From positions 30,001-62,000 of the forward strand of contig ACYB01000020.1 in NCBI GenBank assembly GCA_000175855.1: a stretch of 32,000 bases of DNA, read 5' to 3'. Origin of the DNA: Raphidiopsis brookii D9 (GTDB taxonomy: Bacteria; Cyanobacteriota; Cyanobacteriia; Cyanobacteriales; Nostocaceae). Below are positions 9,886 through 18,294 of the stretch, one piece after another. Numbering within the stretch: position 1 is the stretch's first letter; each line of letters starts with the position of its first letter. The notes below the pieces were generated by a model. The model made no database searches. It was not told where the DNA came from and saw only the letters and a list, made by a program, of their open reading frames with translations. A program made the position numbers and the translations under genes.

Positions 9886-10617
9886 ATGGCAATTAGACTA
9901 AATAAATTTGGTACAATCAACTCAGAAATTCCTACCTTTGACCCGATCAGTAAACGTATCTATGTTATTGCTGATAATGTTGTAAATATATATACAATAG
10001 ATAGTACGGGAGCACTGACCAATGTTGGAAAACTGGCCCCTCTTTCTACTCCTACTTCTGAAAGGGCTGCGCCTAATAGTATCGCGATGAAAAACGGAAT
10101 AGTCGCAGTTGCCTACGAAGTAAAAGATACTAGCACGGGAACTCATCAGCGTGGTTGGGTTAGCTTCTTTGACCCTGGCAATGGTAACTTCATTAATTCT
10201 GTGGAAGTGGGTTTCTTGCCTGATATGGTCACATTTACCCCCGATGGCAAGAAGGTCTTAGTGGCTAATAAAGGGGAACCTAATGAGAACTATAGTTCTG
10301 ATCCAAAAGGTTCTGTTAGTATCATTGATCTAAGCAATGGCCCCAATAGTGCTACCGTGCAGGAAGCTAAGTTTAATACTTTTGACGGTGAATTGGCTAC
10401 CCTAAAATCCCAAGAAATATGGATTACTGGTAACAATGCAACCCTATCCCAAGATGTGGAACTTGAGTATATAGCTGTTTCCCCCGATGGTTTAACCGCT
10501 GCAATTACCCTCCAAGAAGCCAATGCGATCGCGTTTCTTGACCTTGCTAGTGGCACAATTACTAGCATCAAGCCTCTAGGGCTAAAGAATCATAATCTAG
10601 TTGGATGGCGACTTTGA
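9886..10617 (+). CDS. Choice-of-anchor I family protein, apparently 3'-truncated (possible gene remnant)
   Basis: The track ORF is 9772-10617. I prefer the ATG at 9886 (MAIRLNKFGT), which follows GGAGGA. The sequence ...LPDMVTFTPDGKKVLVANKGEPNENYSSDPKGSVSIIDL...LEYIAVSPDGLTAAITLQEANAIAFLDL...LGLKNH matches the N-terminal part of the family as I recall it. The ORF stops where the conserved GNGLDASDRDG block would follow, and only 124 nt remain before the next gene. Confidence 0.55.
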   Translation: MAIRLNKFGTINSEIPTFDPISKRIYVIADNVVNIYTIDSTGALTNVGKLAPLSTPTSERAAPNSIAMKNGIVAVAYEVKDTSTGTHQRGWVSFFDPGNGNFINSVEVGFLPDMVTFTPDGKKVLVANKGEPNENYSSDPKGSVSIIDLSNGPNSATVQEAKFNTFDGELATLKSQEIWITGNNATLSQDVELEYIAVSPDGLTAAITLQEANAIAFLDLASGTITSIKPLGLKNHNLVGWRL

Positions 10618-10741
10618 CCAAATTCAAGCCTTCTAGTTTTGAGGGAACCTGACCTAACTTCATGGTAACCGTAACCGGATCTATAGCCACTAAGCCAGAA
10701 ATATATATATGATATAGCTGAGTCTCAAAAATTGATTACCT

Positions 10742-12685
10742 ATGACTTCTCGGTTGCCTAAGCTCCCCCACCCAACGTTCTTCCTGGTCACAGCCCTACC
10801 TGTAGTAGTTGTGGCCCTTTCATTTTCTTGGTATCAGAGATCAAAATCATTGCAAGAGGTTAAATCCACACCTACGCCAGTAGTTTCCACGACCCAATCC
10901 CCTGAAGATCTTTTAAATAAAGGTTTTCTCAGCTTGCAAAAGTACTGCGAATCGTTACCATCTAATCCTATATTAACATCCCCAGCGAAAAATACGCAAA
11001 ATACTACAGAAAATACACAGGCAACCCCCCAATGTCCCAACTGGGTTCCCGGAGAAAAGGTCTTAGAAACATCATTCCAAAAACCGGAAGCAACCGTCCC
11101 AGAGAAAAAGTCACCTGACTGGCTTCAATTTTTCAACCACATTATCACTAGGACTGCCAATAGCCAAGAGCAAGACACACCCCCCTCACCTCCCCCTAAA
11201 CTGCAGTCAGTTACACCCTCCCCCGAATTGAACCGCCAAGCACGACTTGCTAGAGTTCCTATCTTTATGTATCATGACATTCTACCACAAAAACAAGTGT
11301 TTTTTGATGTCACACCGGAAGAATTAGAAGCTCACTTTCAACAGCTACAAAAAGAAGGGGTTACTCCCGTTAGCCCAGATTGGTTGTTAGCCCATTTGCG
11401 AACTGGTGTACCTCTCCCTGCCAAACCCGTGTTGCTATCCTTTGATGATGGCTATGGGGGACATTATGAATATGTTTATCCTCTTTTAAAAAAATACAAT
11501 TTCCCAGCTATTTTTTCCGTCTATGTTAAAAAAATGGAGGGTAAGACGGCAAGATCCAGTCTAACCTGGGAACAGTTACAAGAAATGGCTTCCAGTTCCT
11601 TGGTAACCATTGCTTCCCATTCTGTCAACCATCCTCGGGATTTACGACAACTTTCCGAGCAGGAACTTTCATCGGAAGTGATAGATTCAAAGCGGATTTT
11701 ACAGGAGCGTTTAGGTATTCCCATCAATTATTTTACCTATCCTGAGGGGAAATTAGATGAAAGAGTTAGGGCACGAGTAATTGCTGCTGGTTATCAGATG
11801 GCTTTTTCCATGGATGATGCAGATGAAAAATTTGTTGGTGATTCCCCCGATTTATTTACCATAGGTAGGTTTGGACAGTCCCGTCTTGGAGAAATAGCTC
11901 CCCTGGCTTGGGGTGGATATCCAGCACCGGTGGATCCTACAAATTTCAACTTTAATGTTGACATTGAAAAACGGGAATATAAGGTAAATAACACAGAGCT
12001 AATTCTTATTAGCGGAGGTATTCCAGGTACATTTCATGCCGATAGCCGCTACCAATTACCGGATATGCTGAAAGATACACAAGTAATTGCTGCAGTTGAT
12101 GGTGGTTTCTTTTCGTTAAAATATCTGGACTCTAATACGATGATTGGACCAGTTTTGAGTGGCAATCGTGGTTTTATTCCTGGTAATGCCAGTGAAAACT
12201 TGAAATTGCGAGACCGTCCCCTAGTATTAATTAACCCCCATTCGGTTAGTTTTATACCTTTTGTTCCGGAAAGCCACAATACCCTCGAGGGACTTCAAGC
12301 AACTTCACCGGAAAATAAAGGTGTAACGGATGCCTTCGTAGGCGCAGCATGGTTAGTAAGAAATAATACACCTCAACCTGCCGCCAATTTTGGTAACTTA
12401 TATGGCTATGATATTGCTCGTCACCGAGCCTTTTGGGGGATCAATTTAGCAGGAATGCCAGTAATTGGGGTGACAAAAACTCCCGTAGATTCCGTATCTT
12501 TGGGGGAAATTCTCCATGGTTTAGGATTTAGGGATGCAGTAATGCTTGATTCGGGTGCTAGCACTTCTCTTTCATATCAAGGCAAGTCCTTAGTGGGTTA
12601 TACTCCCCGTCCAGTTCCCCATGCTGTTGTCCTTGTAGCACCTCAAAACCCACAACCTATTCCTACCCAATCCCCAAATAATTAG
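10742..12685 (+). CDS. Membrane-anchored fusion protein: polysaccharide deacetylase (NodB homology) plus phosphodiester glycosidase (NAGPA/DUF2233-like) domain
   Basis: 647-aa ORF with an N-terminal TM (FFLVTALPVVVVALSFSWY) and a P/T/S-rich linker. NodB motifs: FMYHDI, LSFDDGYGGHYEYVYPLLKKYNFPAIFSV, ASHSVNHP, FTYPEG. C-terminal pattern: AAVDGGFF...RHRAFWGIN...AVMLDSGASTSL. Confidence 0.8.
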   Translation: MTSRLPKLPHPTFFLVTALPVVVVALSFSWYQRSKSLQEVKSTPTPVVSTTQSPEDLLNKGFLSLQKYCESLPSNPILTSPAKNTQNTTENTQATPQCPNWVPGEKVLETSFQKPEATVPEKKSPDWLQFFNHIITRTANSQEQDTPPSPPPKLQSVTPSPELNRQARLARVPIFMYHDILPQKQVFFDVTPEELEAHFQQLQKEGVTPVSPDWLLAHLRTGVPLPAKPVLLSFDDGYGGHYEYVYPLLKKYNFPAIFSVYVKKMEGKTARSSLTWEQLQEMASSSLVTIASHSVNHPRDLRQLSEQELSSEVIDSKRILQERLGIPINYFTYPEGKLDERVRARVIAAGYQMAFSMDDADEKFVGDSPDLFTIGRFGQSRLGEIAPLAWGGYPAPVDPTNFNFNVDIEKREYKVNNTELILISGGIPGTFHADSRYQLPDMLKDTQVIAAVDGGFFSLKYLDSNTMIGPVLSGNRGFIPGNASENLKLRDRPLVLINPHSVSFIPFVPESHNTLEGLQATSPENKGVTDAFVGAAWLVRNNTPQPAANFGNLYGYDIARHRAFWGINLAGMPVIGVTKTPVDSVSLGEILHGLGFRDAVMLDSGASTSLSYQGKSLVGYTPRPVPHAVVLVAPQNPQPIPTQSPNN

Positions 12686-12696
12686 AGACTAAATTA

Positions 12697-13506
12697 ATGG
12701 CAAATATGGTTGGTAAAATTAGAAACATTCATAGTGCTATTGCTAATGTAGTATGTGTTATAAGTTGGGCTGCTGTAAGTAATGTTATGGGATGCAGCAA
12801 AAATGTATTACCCAGTAATATGGACTATTCTTCAACTTCCCCTTCTCCTGTTCTGACACCTTCCCCCACTTTTACTAGTTCTATCAAGTCTAAAAATGCT
12901 GCAGCTAAGCTCCGACAATTAGGACTGAGATATCGTCAGCAAGGGCGGTATGCAGATGCTATTATCTCCTTAGAAGAGGCTACCTCTGTGGAACCAGAAA
13001 ATCTTTCTGGACAGGTTTTATTGGGTTGGACCTTACACCTTGCTGGTAGAGAAGCATCTGCTATGAAGGTATTAAAGCAAGTATTAGAGAAAGATGGTAA
13101 TTATATTCCTGCATTAAATGCCTTGGGAATAGTTTATCTAGTGAGTGGAGATTTAGATAAAGCTATAACGACTCATGAGCATGCAAAAGAAATAAAGGCA
13201 AATAATGAAATCGCCTACTATAATCTAACTCTCGCTTACCAACGTCTAAAAAAGTATGATTTAGCAATAGCACGAGGTAAACAAGCCACAATTTTAGAAC
13301 CTAACAATCCCCATCCCTGGGTTGCTTTGGCATTGGTTTATTGGGGACAAGGGATGAAAACCCAAGCACGAGAGACTTATGACCAAGCAGTAAAGTTGGA
13401 TTCTCGTTACGGACAATCTAAATTTTTAATTAACCTTAAACAAGCTGGGTTCAGTCAAGAACAAATAGATAATGTAAGAGAAATTCTAAAATATAGCCGG
13501 AGCTAA
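12697..13506 (+). CDS. Tetratricopeptide (TPR) repeat protein, possible lipoprotein
   Basis: 269-aa ORF starting 11 nt after the previous stop. It has a hydrophobic N-terminus ending VMGCS (lipobox-like) and at least 5 TPR-like units (GRYADAIISLEEATSVEPEN, ALNALGIVYLVSGDLDKAI, AYYNLTLAYQRLKKYDLAI, and others). Confidence 0.85.
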   Translation: MANMVGKIRNIHSAIANVVCVISWAAVSNVMGCSKNVLPSNMDYSSTSPSPVLTPSPTFTSSIKSKNAAAKLRQLGLRYRQQGRYADAIISLEEATSVEPENLSGQVLLGWTLHLAGREASAMKVLKQVLEKDGNYIPALNALGIVYLVSGDLDKAITTHEHAKEIKANNEIAYYNLTLAYQRLKKYDLAIARGKQATILEPNNPHPWVALALVYWGQGMKTQARETYDQAVKLDSRYGQSKFLINLKQAGFSQEQIDNVREILKYSRS

Positions 13507-13613
13507 AATGCCATAAACAGAGTTGATGCATAAAATTGAGTGCAGGCGTTCTGGATCCCCTGATGAAGCCATAAAAATGGTAGAATAGGAATAGAGTATA
13601 AAAAATTAAACGA

Positions 13614-13985
13614 ATGAATTCTAATAACTTACAACAAAGTCTTGATAGATTCCGTCCCTGGTTAACCTTATTAGCAGTAACCTGGTTGTTAGCATCTTTG
13701 GGTCTAGGTTGGTTGGTAAACTCCTTAATAGTTATTTTCACTCTGTTCCTGATTATACCATTTGTGGCATTTTTTGGCTTTCGCTGGTGGTTGCAAGGGA
13801 ATTTAGTAACTGATAAATGTCCGGTTTGTGCATTCGAATCAACCGGTTTAAATAATACCCAACTGCAATGTCCCAATTGTGGTGAGCAACTATCAGTGAA
13901 AAATGGTAGATTTAGCCGTTTAACACCAGAAGGTACAATTGATGTCACAGCAGTTGAAATAACAACTAAATCACCAGAAGAATAA
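13614..13985 (+). CDS. Hypothetical membrane protein with C-terminal CxxC...CxxC zinc ribbon
   Basis: 123-aa ORF with two TM helices (WLTLLAVTWLLASLGLGWLV, VIFTLFLIIPFVAFFGF) followed by CPVC-x14-CPNC. I prefer it over the overlapping antisense ORF 13451-13948, which has no coherent features. Confidence 0.6.
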   Translation: MNSNNLQQSLDRFRPWLTLLAVTWLLASLGLGWLVNSLIVIFTLFLIIPFVAFFGFRWWLQGNLVTDKCPVCAFESTGLNNTQLQCPNCGEQLSVKNGRFSRLTPEGTIDVTAVEITTKSPEE

Positions 13986-14011
13986 ACCGCATTATATTAA
14001 TTTTGCTTTTT

Positions 14012-15214
14012 TCACTTTTTCACCAGAATATAGGCACTGGCATATTCTGGTAGTTGTCTAATATACTGCCTAAATTCCGTTTGATTTTTAAAAACACCCG
14101 CTAGGTAGTCTAACTGATGCAAATTGGGTAAGAATGCTCCACCTGTATCCGCTACCACTCCCATTTGTAAACGTTTATTTTTTCCCTGGTTATATTCAAT
14201 TAATACCACTCTCCCTAAACCAATATTCAGCACGTCTCCAGCAAAAGTAACACCTGGTCTAATGGAAATTTTCGCGTCTATTTTATATCCATAACCTTTG
14301 ATTTGGTCAACTGGTCTGAAATACCAATAACGCTTTTGTAGTGTGTCCTTGACTCCTCTTATGTAGGATATGCCATTATTTCTGTCTACGTTAAAAAATC
14401 CCTTAGAACCATCGGTAAAATTAATTAATATTGTCCCCTGCATTAATGCCTCCTCTAGTCCTTGACGAGTCAAATATGCTAAAGTTTCTACCTTGCCAAA
14501 TTCCTTTCCACCGGGTTCATAAATTCCAGACAGTACGTCCTGCTTGGTGTATTTAGTGTAGAATTTATCGGTAGCTGAATTGTCTTTTAAGCTATAAATT
14601 GGTATGTTGTATGTATTTGTTTTAGTATGAGAACCAGGATGGGTAAACACTGCATACTTTGTAATTCTCAGTTGTTTTTGTTCTGGTTTATCTGGATTAT
14701 AGGCTTTCCATTTAATTACCCGAAAATTGGCATTAATAAAATTAGGATCTTGCAGTCGAGGAGGTCGGTTTTTCCCGACATCTTCTCGTAAAGTGCTAAT
14801 CATAAAATCTAGGGTTTTTAGCACATCTTCTACTTTAACACCTTGATTTACTAATAATCCATTTCGAGAAATATTTTGATCCTTTTGAGAATAATCTTGA
14901 AAATATTTCCTGGTATTTGTCAGTACAAACAATAAATCATTGGCATTAAAACTGACTTTTGTATTTGGCAATTTCATGGGTTCTAAAATAGACTTCCCAT
15001 TCACACTATATTTATATTTTTGCCATTCATCAATCACCGAATATAAAACAGATGACTCCTGGGATTGATGTTGTTCAACTCTTTGTTGCGTATGCAAAGG
15101 CTTATTGGTTAGCTGTGCGTGTATAAATTGATATTGATTGACACTGAGAACTGATAGAAAGGTGATCAGACCCGCTAAAATTTGGACTTTGAGACCTAAT
15201 CGCATGTTAATCAT
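14012..15214 (-). CDS. MltA-like lytic murein transglycosylase (MltA plus 3D domains), secreted
   Basis: 400-aa ORF with an N-terminal signal-like segment. Patterns resemble MltA: QGTILINFTDGSKGFF (compare QGSGRL..DG), YWYFRPV (compare YVFFR), and GVVADTGGAF...LDYLAGVF (compare 3D-domain DTGGAI...D.F.G). This assignment is by motif resemblance only. Confidence 0.6.
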   Translation of the reverse strand: MINMRLGLKVQILAGLITFLSVLSVNQYQFIHAQLTNKPLHTQQRVEQHQSQESSVLYSVIDEWQKYKYSVNGKSILEPMKLPNTKVSFNANDLLFVLTNTRKYFQDYSQKDQNISRNGLLVNQGVKVEDVLKTLDFMISTLREDVGKNRPPRLQDPNFINANFRVIKWKAYNPDKPEQKQLRITKYAVFTHPGSHTKTNTYNIPIYSLKDNSATDKFYTKYTKQDVLSGIYEPGGKEFGKVETLAYLTRQGLEEALMQGTILINFTDGSKGFFNVDRNNGISYIRGVKDTLQKRYWYFRPVDQIKGYGYKIDAKISIRPGVTFAGDVLNIGLGRVVLIEYNQGKNKRLQMGVVADTGGAFLPNLHQLDYLAGVFKNQTEFRQYIRQLPEYASAYILVKK

Positions 15215-15270
15215 AAGCTGTGTTTAGACTTTGTAAAAAGAATTATTTCAGAAATTGTAGATTTTGTCTA

Positions 15271-16542
15271 TTATTCATCCATTTCTTTTAAAGTGGCTAA
15301 TGCGGAAGGTGATAAACGACTCAAATAACGGAAAATCCAATATTTGAAGATGGTGTTTAAAATTACGGGGAAAGTAGCAATAAAAAGGAATATGACATTT
15401 CTAGTTGCGGGTAATCCCAAGTGTTGTGCTAGACTTTCTAAGATAATTTCCCAACCATGGGGAGAGTGGAAACCTACAAATATATCCGTTATTAAAATAA
15501 TTAGAAAAGCTTTGGCACTATCACTTAACCCATAGGCTACTTTATCTAATAATGACTGAACTACCTCTATATCTTTTTTTCTCCAACCAATAATAATGGC
15601 AAAGGAAATTAATGACATGACATCAGCAAATATATTACCTATAGCCAGACTACTATCACGACGAAATTCCTGTGCTACATCCAATGCTTTATCTTTTACC
15701 TCTATTTCTATTTCTTCAGGAGATAAAGGAGGTGCCGTATGTAATAAATTTTGGAACTGCAATTTTCTCTCAAAGGTTTTCAATTCATTCAGTGCTTTTT
15801 CCTCCATTTCCCAGTTTAAAAAAACTCTTTGATTATCTTGATTGATCCACTGATTAAATAGGGGTGTAAATAATAAGTTTTTAGAAAAGTTTTGTACTAT
15901 TAATGGGATAATTATTATTAATAATAAGAATCTCAGCGCTATCCTGGTTTTATTCCTAGAAATGCGATAATTTTTGATAAAATCACTCTCTGCTGTTGGT
16001 GTGAAGTCCTTAGCAATTTTACTCAAAGTTCTGGCAATTGATCCAGGAAATACTCCTTTTTTTTGACTATCATTGGAATCTACATCTGCTGATTTGTTAT
16101 TGAATTTAACTCCTTTCTCACTGCTCCTTAATGGTTGTGTAACTTCCACGTATTTACCATCATTACGCTTCTGAGTATAACTGGCAATAACTTCATCAAT
16201 AAATTTGAGTTTTTCTAATAGTTCACTATCATAAATATATTGATCATTGGTATCAGTAGATCTATGGGTAAAAGTCATGCCTAAATTAAATTCTGCCAGT
16301 CGAACTTTAATTATAGTTAAATTTCTATTCAGGTTCCCTTGCCAAAATTCCATGACATTACCACTATAGTTTGCGGACTGCGGGGAAATTTTCCGCCCGT
16401 TAAACTGTTGAATTTCAATATTTCTAATCTCCCAAGCAGCTCGATAAGCCGCTAAAACAGCTCTGTGGGGAGTGTTAATAATCCAGCTTTTCAACCCAAT
16501 CCAATAGGTTGTGATTCTTTGATAGGGATCCTTAGTATTCAT
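15271..16542 (-). CDS. pxcA: Proton extrusion protein PxcA (CemA family)
   Basis: 423-aa ORF. The C-terminal membrane domain ITDIFVGFHSPHGWEIILESLAQHLGLP...FIATFPVILNTIFKYWIFRYLSRLSPSALATLKEMDE is the CemA/PxcA signature region. The long N-terminal extension is typical of the cyanobacterial form. Confidence 0.9.
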   Translation of the reverse strand: MNTKDPYQRITTYWIGLKSWIINTPHRAVLAAYRAAWEIRNIEIQQFNGRKISPQSANYSGNVMEFWQGNLNRNLTIIKVRLAEFNLGMTFTHRSTDTNDQYIYDSELLEKLKFIDEVIASYTQKRNDGKYVEVTQPLRSSEKGVKFNNKSADVDSNDSQKKGVFPGSIARTLSKIAKDFTPTAESDFIKNYRISRNKTRIALRFLLLIIIIPLIVQNFSKNLLFTPLFNQWINQDNQRVFLNWEMEEKALNELKTFERKLQFQNLLHTAPPLSPEEIEIEVKDKALDVAQEFRRDSSLAIGNIFADVMSLISFAIIIGWRKKDIEVVQSLLDKVAYGLSDSAKAFLIILITDIFVGFHSPHGWEIILESLAQHLGLPATRNVIFLFIATFPVILNTIFKYWIFRYLSRLSPSALATLKEMDE

Positions 16543-16646
16543 GATGATGAGGGAATGTATTTTGGTTCACAAGAAAATTGCCGCACGCATTTGTCTTATT
16601 AGATTAGGGGAAGTCAAGCGCAAGTTGCAAATTTAAATTATTTACC

Positions 16647-16675
16647 TTGACAAACAGGATAGAACTGTTTACAAT
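16647..16675 (+). promoter_or_regulatory. Consensus sigma70-type promoter upstream of rplU-rpmA (TTGACA-17 nt-TACAAT)
   Basis: TTGACA at 16647-16652, a 17-nt spacer, then TACAAT at 16670-16675. The predicted TSS is near 16682, which gives a ~184-nt leader before the rplU ATG at 16866. Confidence 0.65.
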
Positions 16676-16685
16676 GGACGGTTGT

Positions 16686-16841
16686 GCACTAATTTGGAAG
16701 TATATACCAAAACCACGTCAAGTGGAATTCAGTGCCAATAGTCTCTCTCATTCTCGCTCGGATCAGGTAGACACCAAAGGCTGGTAAAAGCATACTACAG
16801 CTATAGACATAAGATCTTCATGGATCAATGCCAGCTACCTG
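16686..16841 (+). promoter_or_regulatory. Structured 5' leader of rplU-rpmA (candidate cis-regulatory RNA)
   Basis: Complementarity found by hand. (a) At 16686-16735, an outer stem GCACT..AATT / AATT.AGTGC encloses two small hairpins, TTGG-N9-CCAA and CCAC-N5-GTGG. (b) CAGGTA (16764-16769) and GCTGG (16780-16784) pair with CCAGC-TACCTG (16831-16841). The structure ends 13 nt before the AAGGA Shine-Dalgarno-like element at 16855-16859. Confidence 0.35.
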
Positions 16842-16865
16842 TACGGCAAATTTAAGGACAATCCC

Positions 16866-17267
16866 ATGACTTACGCAATTATTGAAACCGGTGGCAAACA
16901 GTTAAAAGTAGAAGCAGGTCGTTTCTACGATATCGAGCTTCTTCACGCTCAACCAGATGAAAAAGTAACCATAGACGCAGTGTTACTTGTGCAACATGAG
17001 AATGGATTGTCTATAGGACAACCAAGAGTCTCTGGTGCAACAGTAGAAGGAACTGTTTTACGGCATTTTCGAGGTCGTAAGGTCTTGGTTTACAAGATGA
17101 AACCCAAGAAGAAAACTCGCAAGAAACGTGGACACCGTCAGGAAATTACTAGGCTTTTGATTAACTCTATTAAGCTTAATGGCGAAACTCTTGCCCATCA
17201 AGACTCTCCCCTTTCTCCTGAACCCCTTCCACTGGAAGACCCAGGTCTTGATTTACAAGGCGAATGA
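16866..17267 (+). CDS. rplU: 50S ribosomal protein L21, with ~30-aa acidic/proline-rich C-terminal tail
   Basis: [24 protein letters not shown]...[25 protein letters not shown] is canonical L21. The tail is [23 protein letters not shown]. Confidence 0.95.
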   Translation: MTYAIIETGGKQLKVEAGRFYDIELLHAQPDEKVTIDAVLLVQHENGLSIGQPRVSGATVEGTVLRHFRGRKVLVYKMKPKKKTRKKRGHRQEITRLLINSIKLNGETLAHQDSPLSPEPLPLEDPGLDLQGE

Positions 17268-17321
17268 TATGTTTAGCTTAACCTTAATTTGACTTTAATT
17301 TAACAAGTTTGAGAGGAAAAT

Positions 17322-17600
17322 ATGGCTCATAAGAAAGGCACAGGAAGTACACGAAATGGTCGCGACTCTAATGCTCAACGCCTGGGTGTAAAGCGTTTCG
17401 GTGGACAAGTTGTACGTGCAGGAAACATCCTGGTACGCCAGCGTGGCACCAAATTCCATCCTGGTAATAATGTTGGCATTGGCAATGATGATACCTTGTT
17501 TGCTTTAATTGATGGTGTAGTCACTTTTGAAAGAAAGGGCAAAAGTCGCAAAAAGGTTAGTGTTTATCCCCGTGTTACAGAGGAAGCTGTAGCCAGCTAA
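17322..17600 (+). CDS. rpmA: 50S ribosomal protein L27
   Basis: [52 protein letters not shown] is canonical L27. GAGAGGAAAA lies upstream of the ATG. Confidence 0.97.
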   Translation: MAHKKGTGSTRNGRDSNAQRLGVKRFGGQVVRAGNILVRQRGTKFHPGNNVGIGNDDTLFALIDGVVTFERKGKSRKKVSVYPRVTEEAVAS

Positions 17601-17605
17601 TTAGG

Positions 17606-17633
17606 GGTGGAATCGGGGGGGTGGAATCGGGGG
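17606..17633. repeat. Perfect tandem duplication of a 14-nt G-rich unit (GGTGGAATCGGGGG x2)
   Basis: Copies at 17606-17619 and 17620-17633, read directly from the sequence just after the rpmA stop codon. Confidence 0.9.
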
Positions 17634-17663
17634 AAATGGGTAAAAATTAAGCCTCTTGGCACT

Positions 17664-17688
17664 GGTTTAATACTGGTGGTATTAAACC
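17664..17688. terminator. Perfect 10-bp hairpin between convergent rpmA and a membrane-protein gene (possible bidirectional terminator)
   Basis: GGTTTAATAC-TGGTG-GTATTAAACC. It overlaps the stop codon (17682-17684) of the minus-strand gene. There is no U-tract on either side and the stem is AT-rich, so the terminator function is uncertain. Confidence 0.35.
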
Positions 17689-18149
17689 AAGTTGTTCCAC
17701 AAAGCGCCTAATCCTAAGCCTGAAAAGGAGAATAGGGAGATCAACCAAAAGGTTAGGCCTGGCTTCAATCCCTGGGACTGAAAGTCTATCTTAGCTAGTA
17801 TGGTTGAGGAAATAATTAGTAAAGCATCTAGAAATACTCTAAACCAAGCAATCATTAGGAAAAACAAAAAAGCCGCTAAAATTGTCACTGCAAAACTCTT
17901 GAGATTTGATTCGAACAATATAGTGTAAAAACTAACTACTTCTGACATTGGAGTAGTTAAGCTGTTTAACAAGAGCAGTAGTCCAACCCCAAGTATAAAC
18001 CAGAAAAATAAGGGGGGGTTGGTTTCCGATACTAGCCAACCCAGGGCGATGTAGCTAAGGAACACCAAAATTAGAGACAACCAAGGAACTTTTTGCAAAA
18101 TTGACATTATTTGAGTCCATGGACGTTTACACTTACCTATACCTCCCAT
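17682..18149 (-). CDS. Hypothetical integral membrane protein (about 4 TM)
   Basis: 155-aa ORF with hydrophobic helices throughout (WLSLILVFLSYIALGWLV, LFFWFILGVGLLLLL, FAVTILAAFLFFLMIAWF, FWLISLFSFSGLGLGAL). A likely alternative start is M15 at 18107 (MSILQK). Confidence 0.55.
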   Translation of the reverse strand: MGGIGKCKRPWTQIMSILQKVPWLSLILVFLSYIALGWLVSETNPPLFFWFILGVGLLLLLNSLTTPMSEVVSFYTILFESNLKSFAVTILAAFLFFLMIAWFRVFLDALLIISSTILAKIDFQSQGLKPGLTFWLISLFSFSGLGLGALWNNLV

Positions 18150-18294
18150 TTTTACCGTATATGCTATAAGATTAACTAACTTTTAACTTTTTGATGGACT
18201 TTCTAACCCTAGAAATTTAGTTGGGTTAAGATATTAAAGATTTGTAAATTAGTGCAACCAAGTGTCATCTTTCAAGAAAGGTCAGGGACTAATC

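Noticed and set aside
10618-10741. Frameshift rescue of the truncated choice-of-anchor-I gene
   Set aside because: I translated all three forward frames after the stop. None continues with family-like sequence, and all hit stops within about 12-25 codons. This points to truncation or deletion rather than a simple frameshift.
13451-13948. 165-aa minus-strand ORF overlapping the 13614-13985 plus-strand ORF
   Set aside because: The translation has no coherent domain, TM or motif pattern and overlaps the 3' end of the TPR gene. The opposite-strand ORF has two clean TM helices and a CxxC...CxxC ribbon. I treat this one as an antisense shadow ORF.
16682-16865. Stand-alone ncRNA (for example 6S RNA, about 185 nt) instead of an rplU leader
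   Set aside because: The length coincidence is tempting. However, the hand-drawn structure is two local modules, not the 5'/3'-closed rod with a central bubble expected of 6S RNA. No terminator separates it from rplU. I keep it as a leader hypothesis.
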